A stretch of 64,000 nt of DNA from Bryobacteraceae bacterium (GTDB lineage: Bacteria; Acidobacteriota; Terriglobia; Bryobacterales; Bryobacteraceae). Location: the NCBI GenBank assembly GCA_049585195.1, contig JBAUZG010000199.1, forward strand, positions 10,918-74,917, in the 5' to 3' direction. The position numbers were made by a program, and so were the translations under genes. The notes beneath the pieces were generated by a model. It did not search any database, was not told the origin of the DNA, and saw only the letters and a program-made list of their open reading frames with translations. This document shows positions 1 to 8,385 of this stretch, piece by piece (the stretch's first letter is position 1; the number at the start of each line of letters is the position of its first letter).

Positions 1-1544
1 GTTTCCGCCACATTGGCACGTGAAGCTTTGAAAGCAGGTATGGTCCCGAACAGGAAGCCAGTGGCGAGCGAGACGACCAGCGCAAAAGCGAAGACGGTTG
101 AATCGAGCTTGGGCGTCACGAAATTGGCGGATGAGGGCAGAGCCCCGAATAAGAGATGGAGACCCGCATAAGCGATGAGGATCCCCGCGACGCCGCTGAG
201 GACTCCGAGGAGCACGCTCTCCGTGAGGAGCTGACGCACCAGCCTGTGGCGACTTGCTCCTATCGCGAGGCGGACGGCCATCTCCTGTTGCCTCGCTGCT
301 GAGCGCGCAAGCAGCAGATTCGCAACGTTCGAGCACGCGATCAACAAAACGATGCCCACCACGATCAACAATCCGATGCCGGCGACGAGAATTTGCGTGG
401 AGGTGCTCCCGGTATTGGCCAATAAAACATCACGGACGGGCACTACCATGACTGCGTGGCCCTCATCGATGGCCGGATATTCGCGCGCCAAATTCGCCGC
501 TACGGCCGTCATATTGGCTTGTGCCTGGGGCAGCATGACACCCGGGTTGAGCCGCCCTACGCCTTGAAAAAACGCTTTACCGCGATCGCTGAACGCGCCC
601 TGCATCTCACTCGGCAATAACTGTTCGGCCATGGCGGCTGGTACCCACAAATCAGGACCGAAAATTCCATTCACTCCAATGAAATGGGGCGGAGCGACAC
701 CGATGACGGTAAAGTCAACATGATTGAGCCGCAGGGTTTTGCCAACGATGTCGGCCGCACCGCCGAAGCGCGATTGCCAAGTCCCGTAGTTCATGACCGC
801 AACAGGGTGCGCGCCGGGGGTGGTGTCCTCGTCGGGCAAAAAGAAGCGGCCGGCGGCGGGCTTAAGGGCCAAGGTCGAGAAGTAGTTGCCTGTTACTAAC
901 TCGGTGAACATTCCCTCCGAAGCGCCAGCCGCCTGCCAGGTGACAGGTCGGGAAGAGGTGTAACCGGCCAAGGAACGGAACACTCGGTTCCGGGCTTGAT
1001 AATCCTTCAGATCCGGGTAGGAGAGCGGCAAAGGGGCGCTTGTCTTTGACGTGCTCCGCGCTTTCATCAAGCCAACCGCCGCCAACCCGGAGGAGTCCGG
1101 AACCGGGAGAGGATTCAAAATGAGGGTGTTGATGACGGTGAAGACGGTGGTGTTCGCGCCAATCCCGAGACCCAGCGTCAGAACCACAAACAGAACGAAC
1201 AGCGGGCTTTTCCGCATCATGCGGGCGGAATACCGTAGGTCTCTCCACAGAACTTCCATGAAGTTGGTGAGCGCTAAGCCGCCTGACCTTGCTTCGCCGA
1301 CCGGGACCGGGTCGTATTTCGCCATGGGCTGCACCCTTCCGAACCGTGCCCGCAGCGGATAGGTGTTATCCAACTCCGAGATGGCATTCCGGTATGCTTC
1401 TTCGTCGCTGGCTCCGCCGCTTCGTAATTCGCGATAGCGATCTTCGAGATGTTGCGAAAATTCCTCGATGAGATCCGACTCGGCGGTTGGCTCCAGGCGC
1501 AACGGCGCGATCCGACCTTGAACCTCACGTTTCCAATCAGGCAT
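1..1544 (-). CDS. ADOP / MacB-like ABC permease (runs off window start)
   Basis: Not in ORF track (no stop in window). Hand translation from ATG at 1544: MPDWKREV...EEFSQHLEDRY...LWRDLRYSARMMRKSPLFVLFVVLTLGLGIGANTTVF; LLIACSNVANLLLAR...RQQEMAVR near 270-350. Start overlaps the PadR stop. Confidence 0.9.
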   Translation of the reverse strand, partial: MPDWKREVQGRIAPLRLEPTAESDLIEEFSQHLEDRYRELRSGGASDEEAYRNAISELDNTYPLRARFGRVQPMAKYDPVPVGEARSGGLALTNFMEVLWRDLRYSARMMRKSPLFVLFVVLTLGLGIGANTTVFTVINTLILNPLPVPDSSGLAAVGLMKARSTSKTSAPLPLSYPDLKDYQARNRVFRSLAGYTSSRPVTWQAAGASEGMFTELVTGNYFSTLALKPAAGRFFLPDEDTTPGAHPVAVMNYGTWQSRFGGAADIVGKTLRLNHVDFTVIGVAPPHFIGVNGIFGPDLWVPAAMAEQLLPSEMQGAFSDRGKAFFQGVGRLNPGVMLPQAQANMTAVAANLAREYPAIDEGHAVMVVPVRDVLLANTGSTSTQILVAGIGLLIVVGIVLLIACSNVANLLLARSAARQQEMAVRLAIGASRHRLVRQLLTESVLLGVLSGVAGILIAYAGLHLLFGALPSSANFVTPKLDSTVFAFALVVSLATGFLFGTIPAFKASRANVAE

Positions 1545-1896
1545 GTTCGACTCCTGTAACTAAACTCATCGCAGTGACGAATTCCTTCCAACTCTTTCGT
1601 TGAGATCGAAGCACTTTTCGACCTTCCGCGGTCAGGCTGTAATAACGCCTTCTTCGCTGCTCCGCCTTTTCCACCCAACGGCTTGCGATCCAGCCCCGAT
1701 CCTCCAACCGGTACAGCAGCGGATAAAGCGAGGTGACGTGAAATCGCAAAAAGCCGCCCGATCGGATCTGGATCAGCTTTGAAATGTCATAGCCGTGGCG
1801 CGGCTGATCCTCGAGCAACGACAAGACCAGAAGCTCGGCGCTTCCCTTTTTCCATTCCCGATCCGGTGAAATTGTGGCCATACTTGTCGCTCCCAA
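1537..1896 (-). CDS. PadR-family transcriptional regulator
   Basis: LLVLSLLEDQPRHGYDISK...SLYPLLYRLEDRGWI...RRRRYYSLTAEG. Real start may be ATG at 1881. Confidence 0.93.
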   Translation of the reverse strand: MGATSMATISPDREWKKGSAELLVLSLLEDQPRHGYDISKLIQIRSGGFLRFHVTSLYPLLYRLEDRGWIASRWVEKAEQRRRRYYSLTAEGRKVLRSQRKSWKEFVTAMSLVTGVEHA

Positions 1897-1914
1897 ATAT
1901 AGGACTCACAAATA
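1890..1914. promoter_or_regulatory. Candidate PadR operator (direct repeat)
   Basis: CTCCCAAATA (1890-1899) and CTCACAAATA (1905-1914), 15-bp period, at the padR 5' end. Confidence 0.3.
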
Positions 1915-1989
1915 CGACGAGGGCTTCCTGAGATTTGTTCCGTCGAGCTGAAGAAAATCGTCCCGGCTTCGCGTAGCCGATGAAATGCC

Positions 1990-2036
1990 GAAGGCTTTGT
2001 TGACGTGTCGCTCACTCACTTGAAAAGTGGCGATTA
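1990..2036 (+). repeat. Module-boundary element, partial copy (distal half)
   Basis: TTTGTTGACGTGTCGCTCAC matches the reverse complement of the 33.7-kb copy at 14/20; TCACTCACTTGAAAAGTGGCGATT resembles the reverse complement of the 8.2-kb copy. Confidence 0.55.
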
Positions 2037-2090
2037 CGTCAAAGCGAATTTGAAAACTTCCTTCTGACTCGCCGACTAAATGGCTTTTGG

Positions 2091-2148
2091 ACGGACAACT
2101 TGATTCTCAGGATAGATCCCGCTGTTAGTCGCGAAGCATTTACCGATC
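2091..2148 (+). repeat. Module-boundary element copy
   Basis: CGGACA..GATAGATCCCGCTGTTAGTCGCGAAGCATTTACCGATC vs 11.5-kb copy CGGACA..GATAACTCCGCTGTAGTCGCGCAGTGTTTACCGATC. Confidence 0.8.
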
Positions 2149-2556
2149 CTTATTGCCGTTGCTCAAACCAGCGTTTGGGCAACGAAACAGTGCTGATCCT
2201 GATTCCTCTATTTCCGCGTTGCAAAACTGTATTGCACAACGGAATCGCTTGGCAACAGGTTTGTGCAACGGCGCGGCAAGGGCATTCGCGCATGAATGGG
2301 TTTTGCAGAATCCGTGCCGCCGCCCATCCAGAAGTTCACACGGGGCTTGTGAAACCGGGTTCCATCCAAGTTGATCGAAAGCCACTTGCCCGCCGCAGCC
2401 GACCATCGCGTAATGCTACGAAAGCGCCCGGATCGTGCAAAGAGAGGTTGACCGATGCCGGGATCCTGGGCACGAAAGAGCCCGGGCCTTTAGATCCCGA
2501 TTACCAGTACTTGTACGAGATAAATCCACCTGGCGTTAGATGTATGATGCGAGGCC

Positions 2557-3903
2557 ATGAAGCCCAAATCACTGGTTCACATTACTGTCGCGCTCGTCTG
2601 CTGCCCATTTTTGGTTTGCGGTCAGGATCCGGATGGAGGCGGCTATCAAAAATGGATCAATGGCTATTATCCGCAATGGAAGGTTTATAGCAATTTCTAT
2701 CCGAAGCTGCTGGTAGCGAGTGGGACGGCAGCCAGGCTCGATTCCCTTACATACGCCTTCGCGGTCATCCGAGCAGATGCTAACGGCAACCCGCGATGCG
2801 CCACTGCGGACGAATACGCGGATTTTCAATATCTGTTCACAGTGGATACCAGCGTGGATCACACTAACGACTCCGCTGCGCCGGCACTGGCGGGCAATTT
2901 CCATCAACTGCAGGAATTGAAAGAGCGCTATCCGAATCTGAGAATCGTCCTCTCGATTGGCGGAGGGGCCGCGCCGACTGCTGCATTCACTGCTGCTGCG
3001 GATCCAAAAAATCGCACGGCTTTTGTGCGTTCCTGCATGCAGGGATTTATCGAGGGCAATTTTGGAATGACGACTGGGCTCAAGCCGGTTTGGGATCCGA
3101 CCTCCTCCGAGCAGCCGCCAATCACAATCACGCCCGTGCCCGGTATCTTTGATGGAATTGATATCGATTGGGAGTGGCCAACCGAAGCTCAGAAAGAGGA
3201 ATACGTCGCCTTTCTTGAAGAGTTTCGGAGGCAGCTCGATGGCGTCCGGCCGGGACTGCTTTTGACAGCCGCATTACCACCAGGCGAGGAGAACTTCTCA
3301 ATAATGGATCTGCCCGGTATCGCCCGGCAGGTGAATTACATCAACCTCGAAAACTATGATTACAACGGGCCGTGGGAAAATACGACCGGCTTCGTGGCGC
3401 CGCTATATCAAACGCAATACGATCCCGATCCGACTCTAAACGTCAACTACACCGTACAGGCGTATCTGGCTGCAGGTGTCCCACCGGAAAAGATTCTGCT
3501 TGGCATTCCGTTCTATAGCTATGGCTGGAAGGTCATATCAAGTGCACAGGCGCTCGCACAAAATGGGCAATACGTGCCAGCGACTCCTTTGCCTTCGCAG
3601 CCGAACACTCCTCCGCCAAACCCGCCCTACAATACCGAGGAGTACAACTACGTCGTGACGAATCTGCTTCCGATTTACGAGATGTTTCGCGATCCGATAA
3701 CTAAGACGCCCTGGCTGTTCGACCCGGTGAATACACTGAACTTTTTCACGTATGATGATGCGGAATCGATTCACCAGAAGATGGAGTATGCCAATGCGAA
3801 CCAGCTCCGCGGGGCGGCGATTTGGGAATTGACAGGTGATTTGCCGGATGGCGAACTGGTGAAGACCATCTTCTACGGTTTGCGCGAAGGCGCAGGATAC
3901 TGA
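2557..3903 (+). CDS. Secreted GH18 chitinase-like glycoside hydrolase
   Basis: Signal peptide, LSIGG, catalytic FDGIDIDWEWP (DxxDxDxE), NYDYNGPW, C-terminal AAIWEL. Confidence 0.93.
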   Translation: MKPKSLVHITVALVCCPFLVCGQDPDGGGYQKWINGYYPQWKVYSNFYPKLLVASGTAARLDSLTYAFAVIRADANGNPRCATADEYADFQYLFTVDTSVDHTNDSAAPALAGNFHQLQELKERYPNLRIVLSIGGGAAPTAAFTAAADPKNRTAFVRSCMQGFIEGNFGMTTGLKPVWDPTSSEQPPITITPVPGIFDGIDIDWEWPTEAQKEEYVAFLEEFRRQLDGVRPGLLLTAALPPGEENFSIMDLPGIARQVNYINLENYDYNGPWENTTGFVAPLYQTQYDPDPTLNVNYTVQAYLAAGVPPEKILLGIPFYSYGWKVISSAQALAQNGQYVPATPLPSQPNTPPPNPPYNTEEYNYVVTNLLPIYEMFRDPITKTPWLFDPVNTLNFFTYDDAESIHQKMEYANANQLRGAAIWELTGDLPDGELVKTIFYGLREGAGY

Positions 3904-4027
3904 TTCCGTCAGGGCGCCATCAACGCGTGGTCGCACTCCGCCGAAAGCGGAAGAAGCAATTCACAGCTGTCCTTTGGTCAAAAACAGGGCTATCGCCGAA
4001 TGAGACTGCCTGGCTCTGCCGCTCAGA

Positions 4028-4104
4028 TTCTCAATGTCATTGAACCCCACTTTACGTCCGCAACCTGCCGATTACTTCCGGGCAGCTGTAATTCGGGCTC
4101 AATC
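4028..4104 (-). repeat. Module-boundary element, diverged copy
   Basis: TTCTCAATG-N6-AACCCCACTTT is colinear with TTCTCAATG-N6-AATCCCACTTT (8227) and CTCTCAATG-N6-AACCCTACTTT (33711). Confidence 0.65.
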
Positions 4105-4491
4105 GGGGTCCGCTGAAGGAGGGCTCAACTGCTTAGAAGGATAGAATGAATCGAAATGGACAAGGTGGTTGCGAAGGAGCCGTTCGGTTCTGGTGAGTGG
4201 CTAGCACGGCAAACTACAAAATACTCTCGCGCCAGTACCGAACAGTGTACTGATTTTGCTTCTCGAGGCGCGTCGAGCTGCCCGATTTCTTCGATGCCCA
4301 AGACAAAGCTCATTCGCGAAGTTCCCGATTTAGAACCCGATCATCACTGGTTAAACCTCCCGGGAGTTTCTCGATCTGCTTTGACGTTTCACACTCAAGC
4401 GGCGTTCTGCCGTGCTGCCCCACCTTCCGAGAATAATCCCGCACTATCTGGGCGCACTCACCGAGGCTCACTTTGAAAGGTGAAATTGAAG

Positions 4492-7400
4492 TCAGAAGAG
4501 AAGTTTCAGTGCGAGCTGGATATTCCGACCAAGACCCGCGCTGTTGATCACCCCGAACGTGGAAGAGCCGAAGGATGCGCCCGGAGCGGAAAACGCCGGG
4601 GTGTTGGTGATGTTGAAAGCCTCCGCTCTAAACTGAAGCCGTATTCCCTCCTTCGGTATGAACTCCCTGTGAATTGCTAAGTCGAGATCTGCTCGACCTG
4701 GCCCATGCAGCACATTTCTGCCGAGGTCACCGTACGTATATAGCGGCTGCGCAACGAAACAAGACGTGTTGAACCACTCGTAAACGCTCTGCTGGAAACC
4801 CGAGTTTGGGTTACAGACCACGTTGGGGCGATCGCTGCCGCCGGTGTTTGAGAGGGACGCCGCGTTCGTAATGTCAAACGGAAGGCCCGTGGTCAAAACG
4901 GTCACCAAATTAATTCCCCAATTTCTTGCGAGCACGGCCGCGGGACCCTTTGCGTCCCTGGCAAACGGAAGTGCATAGTCGGCCATGAGCGTGAAGCGCT
5001 GCCGCAGATCGAGAAACGAATTGCCATACTCACTTTGAGGGTTGTTCACGATCGACGGCTCGTCATCAAGGCCGTGGGCCCAGGTGTATGTGCCAAGAAG
5101 AGTGAGCCCGTTTTGATACCTGTGTTCCAGTGTCGCTTGCAAGGCCTGATAGTTGGTGTTATACCAGGGGGCCGCGATGGCGATGGAGGAGACATTAGGG
5201 AAAACGGAGTAGTACGGCGTCCGGGGCAGAATGGGCCCGGGCCCCGGAGGAGCCAAGTCCACGTTCACGGCGCCGTTAAAGATATACTGGCGGCGTCCCA
5301 ACGCTCCGACGTAACTCACTGTCGCGACCATGCCCAGGGGCAGTTCCCGCTGCAACGTAAAGTTGTACTGCTGCACGTACGGAGTAGCCCCCTCGAACGC
5401 AACGCCCGATAAGCTTCCAGTCGGGTTGGCCGGGTTTGTGGCCACCGGCAGCGGCAGACCATCCGAAAGTGAATTCAACGGTGTCAACGGCGTGGCGTTG
5501 ACCGTGTACAGGCTGACAAACGGTGGGTTGCGCAAGGCCATTGAACTGGCAATCATATTCGGCACAAAGCTGATCCCGTACCCACCGCGCAAAACGGTCC
5601 CTTTCGCGATCGTCGCGGCGAACCCGAACCGCGGCGAGAAGTCCAGCCTGTCGGGCAAGACGCCGGCGGAGGACGATACACCATTCTGGCCGGCAATAAT
5701 AATTTTTCCTTGCACAAGGTCGACGTTCGAGATCCGATTGGCGACTTCGGAATTCGGGCCGTAATAGTCGTAGCGCAGTCCCAGGTTCAGAGTCAGCCAG
5801 CGCGTCACGCGCCAATCGTCCTGAACATAGGCACCCACTTCCCAGTTCCTCAATCCGGGCGACACGAGATACTTGCTGCGCGTCGTGGAAGCCGGATACC
5901 CCAGCAGGAACGAGGCAACCGCATTGCCGCTCCCGGCTACCGCTCCGGAAGGGTCGTTGGTGAAATTCGAATTGAATGAGAATTGTCCCCTAGCGGTTGG
6001 GCTTTGGAAAGGATCCGTCTGCCGACGCCGCAGGTCAACCCCAACTTTGATGCTGTGGGCGCCCCGGATATAGGTGAGATCCGCGATTTCCTGAAAGACG
6101 TTGTCAGTCGTAACAATGGGAATGTAGCTTGCGTCACCGATTGTCGTGAGACCGGGGATGGAGATGATGGAAAGCCCCGAACTGTCGGCATCGATGTTGA
6201 CGCCGTTAAGGCCAACTTGCTGAGAAACATTCTTGCCATAGTTAACGGGGAGAGAGTGGACCCAGTATTGGCTGAAGTCGGCCTTGAGTTCCATGACCAA
6301 GCTCGGTCCAAATACGTGGACATCGTTGAGCTGAGCACTTTGAGCCCGCTGGGCAGCCGTCCCCGAACGCCCCTCGTCACAGTCCGGATTAATGCCGTTT
6401 GGGGCGGGCGGGCACCCTGCTGGGATCACGGTATTGGTGTTGTTGAAGGAATAACGCGCAAAGGCCGTATTGGCATCTGAGAACCTGTAGTCGACCCGCC
6501 CGTCCAGAGTATCGTTGTTCTGCGTTTTCAACGGCTGATACGTGTAGTTGTTTGCAAGTCCACTTGTTTGGGGCAGTGGATAAAGATTGATGATATTTTG
6601 CGCAATCGGATTGATTCGGCTGGCGGGTATCTGGTCGCCAGAGAACTCCGTACGGATGGACCCGCTGGGGTTTGCAGGATTGGTTGTCGTGGTGAATGGG
6701 TCAAAGATCCGGTTCAGGCCCGCGAAGTTCCCCTGCCGCTCCGCAACGGTCGGCACCGAGTCGACGAAAGTCTGCCCTTGATGCACGCGAAAGCCTTCGT
6801 AGTCGGCGAAGTAGAACACGCGATTCTTCTTGATGGGGCCACCGTTGCTGCCGCCGAACTGGTTTTGATGGTAAGGCGGCTTCGAGCCGGCGAAGAAATT
6901 TCTTGCATCCATGTGCTGGTTCCGGAAGAACTCAAACAGCGAGCCATGGAAATCATTTGTGCCCGACTTGGTCACGAAATTAATAACACCTCCCGCGGTC
7001 CTTCCAAATTCGGCCGAGTAGAGATTGGTTTGCACCTTCATTTCCTGCAAAGCGTCAACCGAGGGTTTGACGATTACGGTGCCAATGAATCGCTCATTGT
7101 CATCCATACCATCGATCGTAAAGTTGTTGAAACTGGTGGGCTGGTCGTTCACCGCAACGGCGGAGGTCAGGCGACGGTCATCCGGCCGGGTTCCGCTTGG
7201 CAATCCGGTAGCCTCACCCTCAGCGGCTCCGGCGGTGAGCTGTGCCAGGACGACGAAGTTCCGCCCGTTGAGCGGAAGGTTCTCCATGGCGTTTGTACTG
7301 ATTAGATTGCTCAACGAGGAACTATCCGTCTGCAAAGCCGGAGAGCTTGCCGTGACTTCCACTGATTGCTCCAAAGCACCCACCTGCAGGCGGACATCCT

Positions 7401-7803
7401 GTCTCAATCGATCACCAATTGCGAGAGTGACCTCGGGAACCATCCACGTCTTAAAGCCCGGAGCGACTGCCTTTACGCTGTAACGCCCAACGGGGAGCAA
7501 CGTAACCAAATATTCTCCAGCGCTATTGGTCGTGGCCGTGTAGTCCGCCGCGGTGTCAAGATTGTGAACAGTGATCCTGACGCCGGGTAGCACGCCACCT
7601 GAGGCGTCGGTAACCGTACCGAGAACATCGGCTGTGGTCTGCTGGGTCCACACTACTGTTCCGAATAGCAACAGCAGGAGACCTATGAACATCGGGACGA
7701 AACCGGCACCTGCCAAACCTGAGCAGTTCGGCGATTCGGAAACCCCACGAGAAGAAGAGGAAAGCGACATAGCCCCGCCCTTTCTTAGGTAGGAACATAT
7801 CAC
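4492..7803 (-). CDS. TonB-dependent receptor, Oar-like, with carboxypeptidase regulatory-like N-domain
   Basis: GTVTDASGGVLPGV, LPLNGRNF, YSAEFGRTAGG, QDDWRVT..LTLNLGLRY, C-terminal RNIQLALKLLF. Start probably 7770 or 7692. Confidence 0.93.
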   Translation of the reverse strand: MICSYLRKGGAMSLSSSSRGVSESPNCSGLAGAGFVPMFIGLLLLLFGTVVWTQQTTADVLGTVTDASGGVLPGVRITVHNLDTAADYTATTNSAGEYLVTLLPVGRYSVKAVAPGFKTWMVPEVTLAIGDRLRQDVRLQVGALEQSVEVTASSPALQTDSSSLSNLISTNAMENLPLNGRNFVVLAQLTAGAAEGEATGLPSGTRPDDRRLTSAVAVNDQPTSFNNFTIDGMDDNERFIGTVIVKPSVDALQEMKVQTNLYSAEFGRTAGGVINFVTKSGTNDFHGSLFEFFRNQHMDARNFFAGSKPPYHQNQFGGSNGGPIKKNRVFYFADYEGFRVHQGQTFVDSVPTVAERQGNFAGLNRIFDPFTTTTNPANPSGSIRTEFSGDQIPASRINPIAQNIINLYPLPQTSGLANNYTYQPLKTQNNDTLDGRVDYRFSDANTAFARYSFNNTNTVIPAGCPPAPNGINPDCDEGRSGTAAQRAQSAQLNDVHVFGPSLVMELKADFSQYWVHSLPVNYGKNVSQQVGLNGVNIDADSSGLSIISIPGLTTIGDASYIPIVTTDNVFQEIADLTYIRGAHSIKVGVDLRRRQTDPFQSPTARGQFSFNSNFTNDPSGAVAGSGNAVASFLLGYPASTTRSKYLVSPGLRNWEVGAYVQDDWRVTRWLTLNLGLRYDYYGPNSEVANRISNVDLVQGKIIIAGQNGVSSSAGVLPDRLDFSPRFGFAATIAKGTVLRGGYGISFVPNMIASSMALRNPPFVSLYTVNATPLTPLNSLSDGLPLPVATNPANPTGSLSGVAFEGATPYVQQYNFTLQRELPLGMVATVSYVGALGRRQYIFNGAVNVDLAPPGPGPILPRTPYYSVFPNVSSIAIAAPWYNTNYQALQATLEHRYQNGLTLLGTYTWAHGLDDEPSIVNNPQSEYGNSFLDLRQRFTLMADYALPFARDAKGPAAVLARNWGINLVTVLTTGLPFDITNAASLSNTGGSDRPNVVCNPNSGFQQSVYEWFNTSCFVAQPLYTYGDLGRNVLHGPGRADLDLAIHREFIPKEGIRLQFRAEAFNITNTPAFSAPGASFGSSTFGVINSAGLGRNIQLALKLLF

Positions 7804-8226
7804 AATTTCAGTAGTCAGTTACTAGTCACGCAACACTCAATTCCAGGGCTGTAATGATATGAAGTTTGTTTGCATCTCCATTTTCGTTATTACGTTTCCT
7901 CCATTGGATTCGTGATGGGCATCCGCCCAGGTCGGAATTACTCGCGAGCAAATCGAGCACGTAGAAGGGGCCGCCTTCTTGGATGAACAACCGCTGGCCC
8001 CATCGAGGGCCCAGTTGCTTTGAAGAAGAATTCTGTTGTGCGTACCCGAGATAGCCGTCTGGAAATTGTGTTTGGCCGCTGGTAACACATTCTTCGTCGG
8101 TGAAACAGGTTCGGTGCGCTTCAGCGCTCGTTGGCGACTACGGCTCGCGAAGCTCTGTCTTGTTTCGGGTTGTGCTCGTGACACGGGGCGAGTGATCCTT
8201 GCGAGCGAGATGGCTCCAGCCTTCGG

Positions 8227-8340
8227 TTCTCAATGGAAGGAAATCCCACTTTTTAGCGAGTGAAGAAAAGATCGATCTACGCTGGGCCGTCAGGGCGGAT
8301 CTATCCAGGGCTAGCTCGTCCAGTGTCCGGATTGCCCGTC
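8227..8340 (-). repeat. Module-boundary element, full-length copy
   Basis: Reverse complement GACGGGCAATCCGGACA..GATAGATCCGC..TGACGGCCCAGCGT..AAAAAGTGGGATTTCCTTCCATTGAG; about 40/58 gapless identity to the 33.7-kb copy and colinear with the 11.5-kb copy. Confidence 0.85.
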
Positions 8341-8385
8341 ATACGACAACATCTGATGTCACCGCAGAGGTGAGGTTCCGTAGTG

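Noticed and set aside
2100..2690. 196-aa ORF upstream of the chitinase
   Set aside because: No recognisable motifs; it runs over element remnants and overlaps the chitinase.
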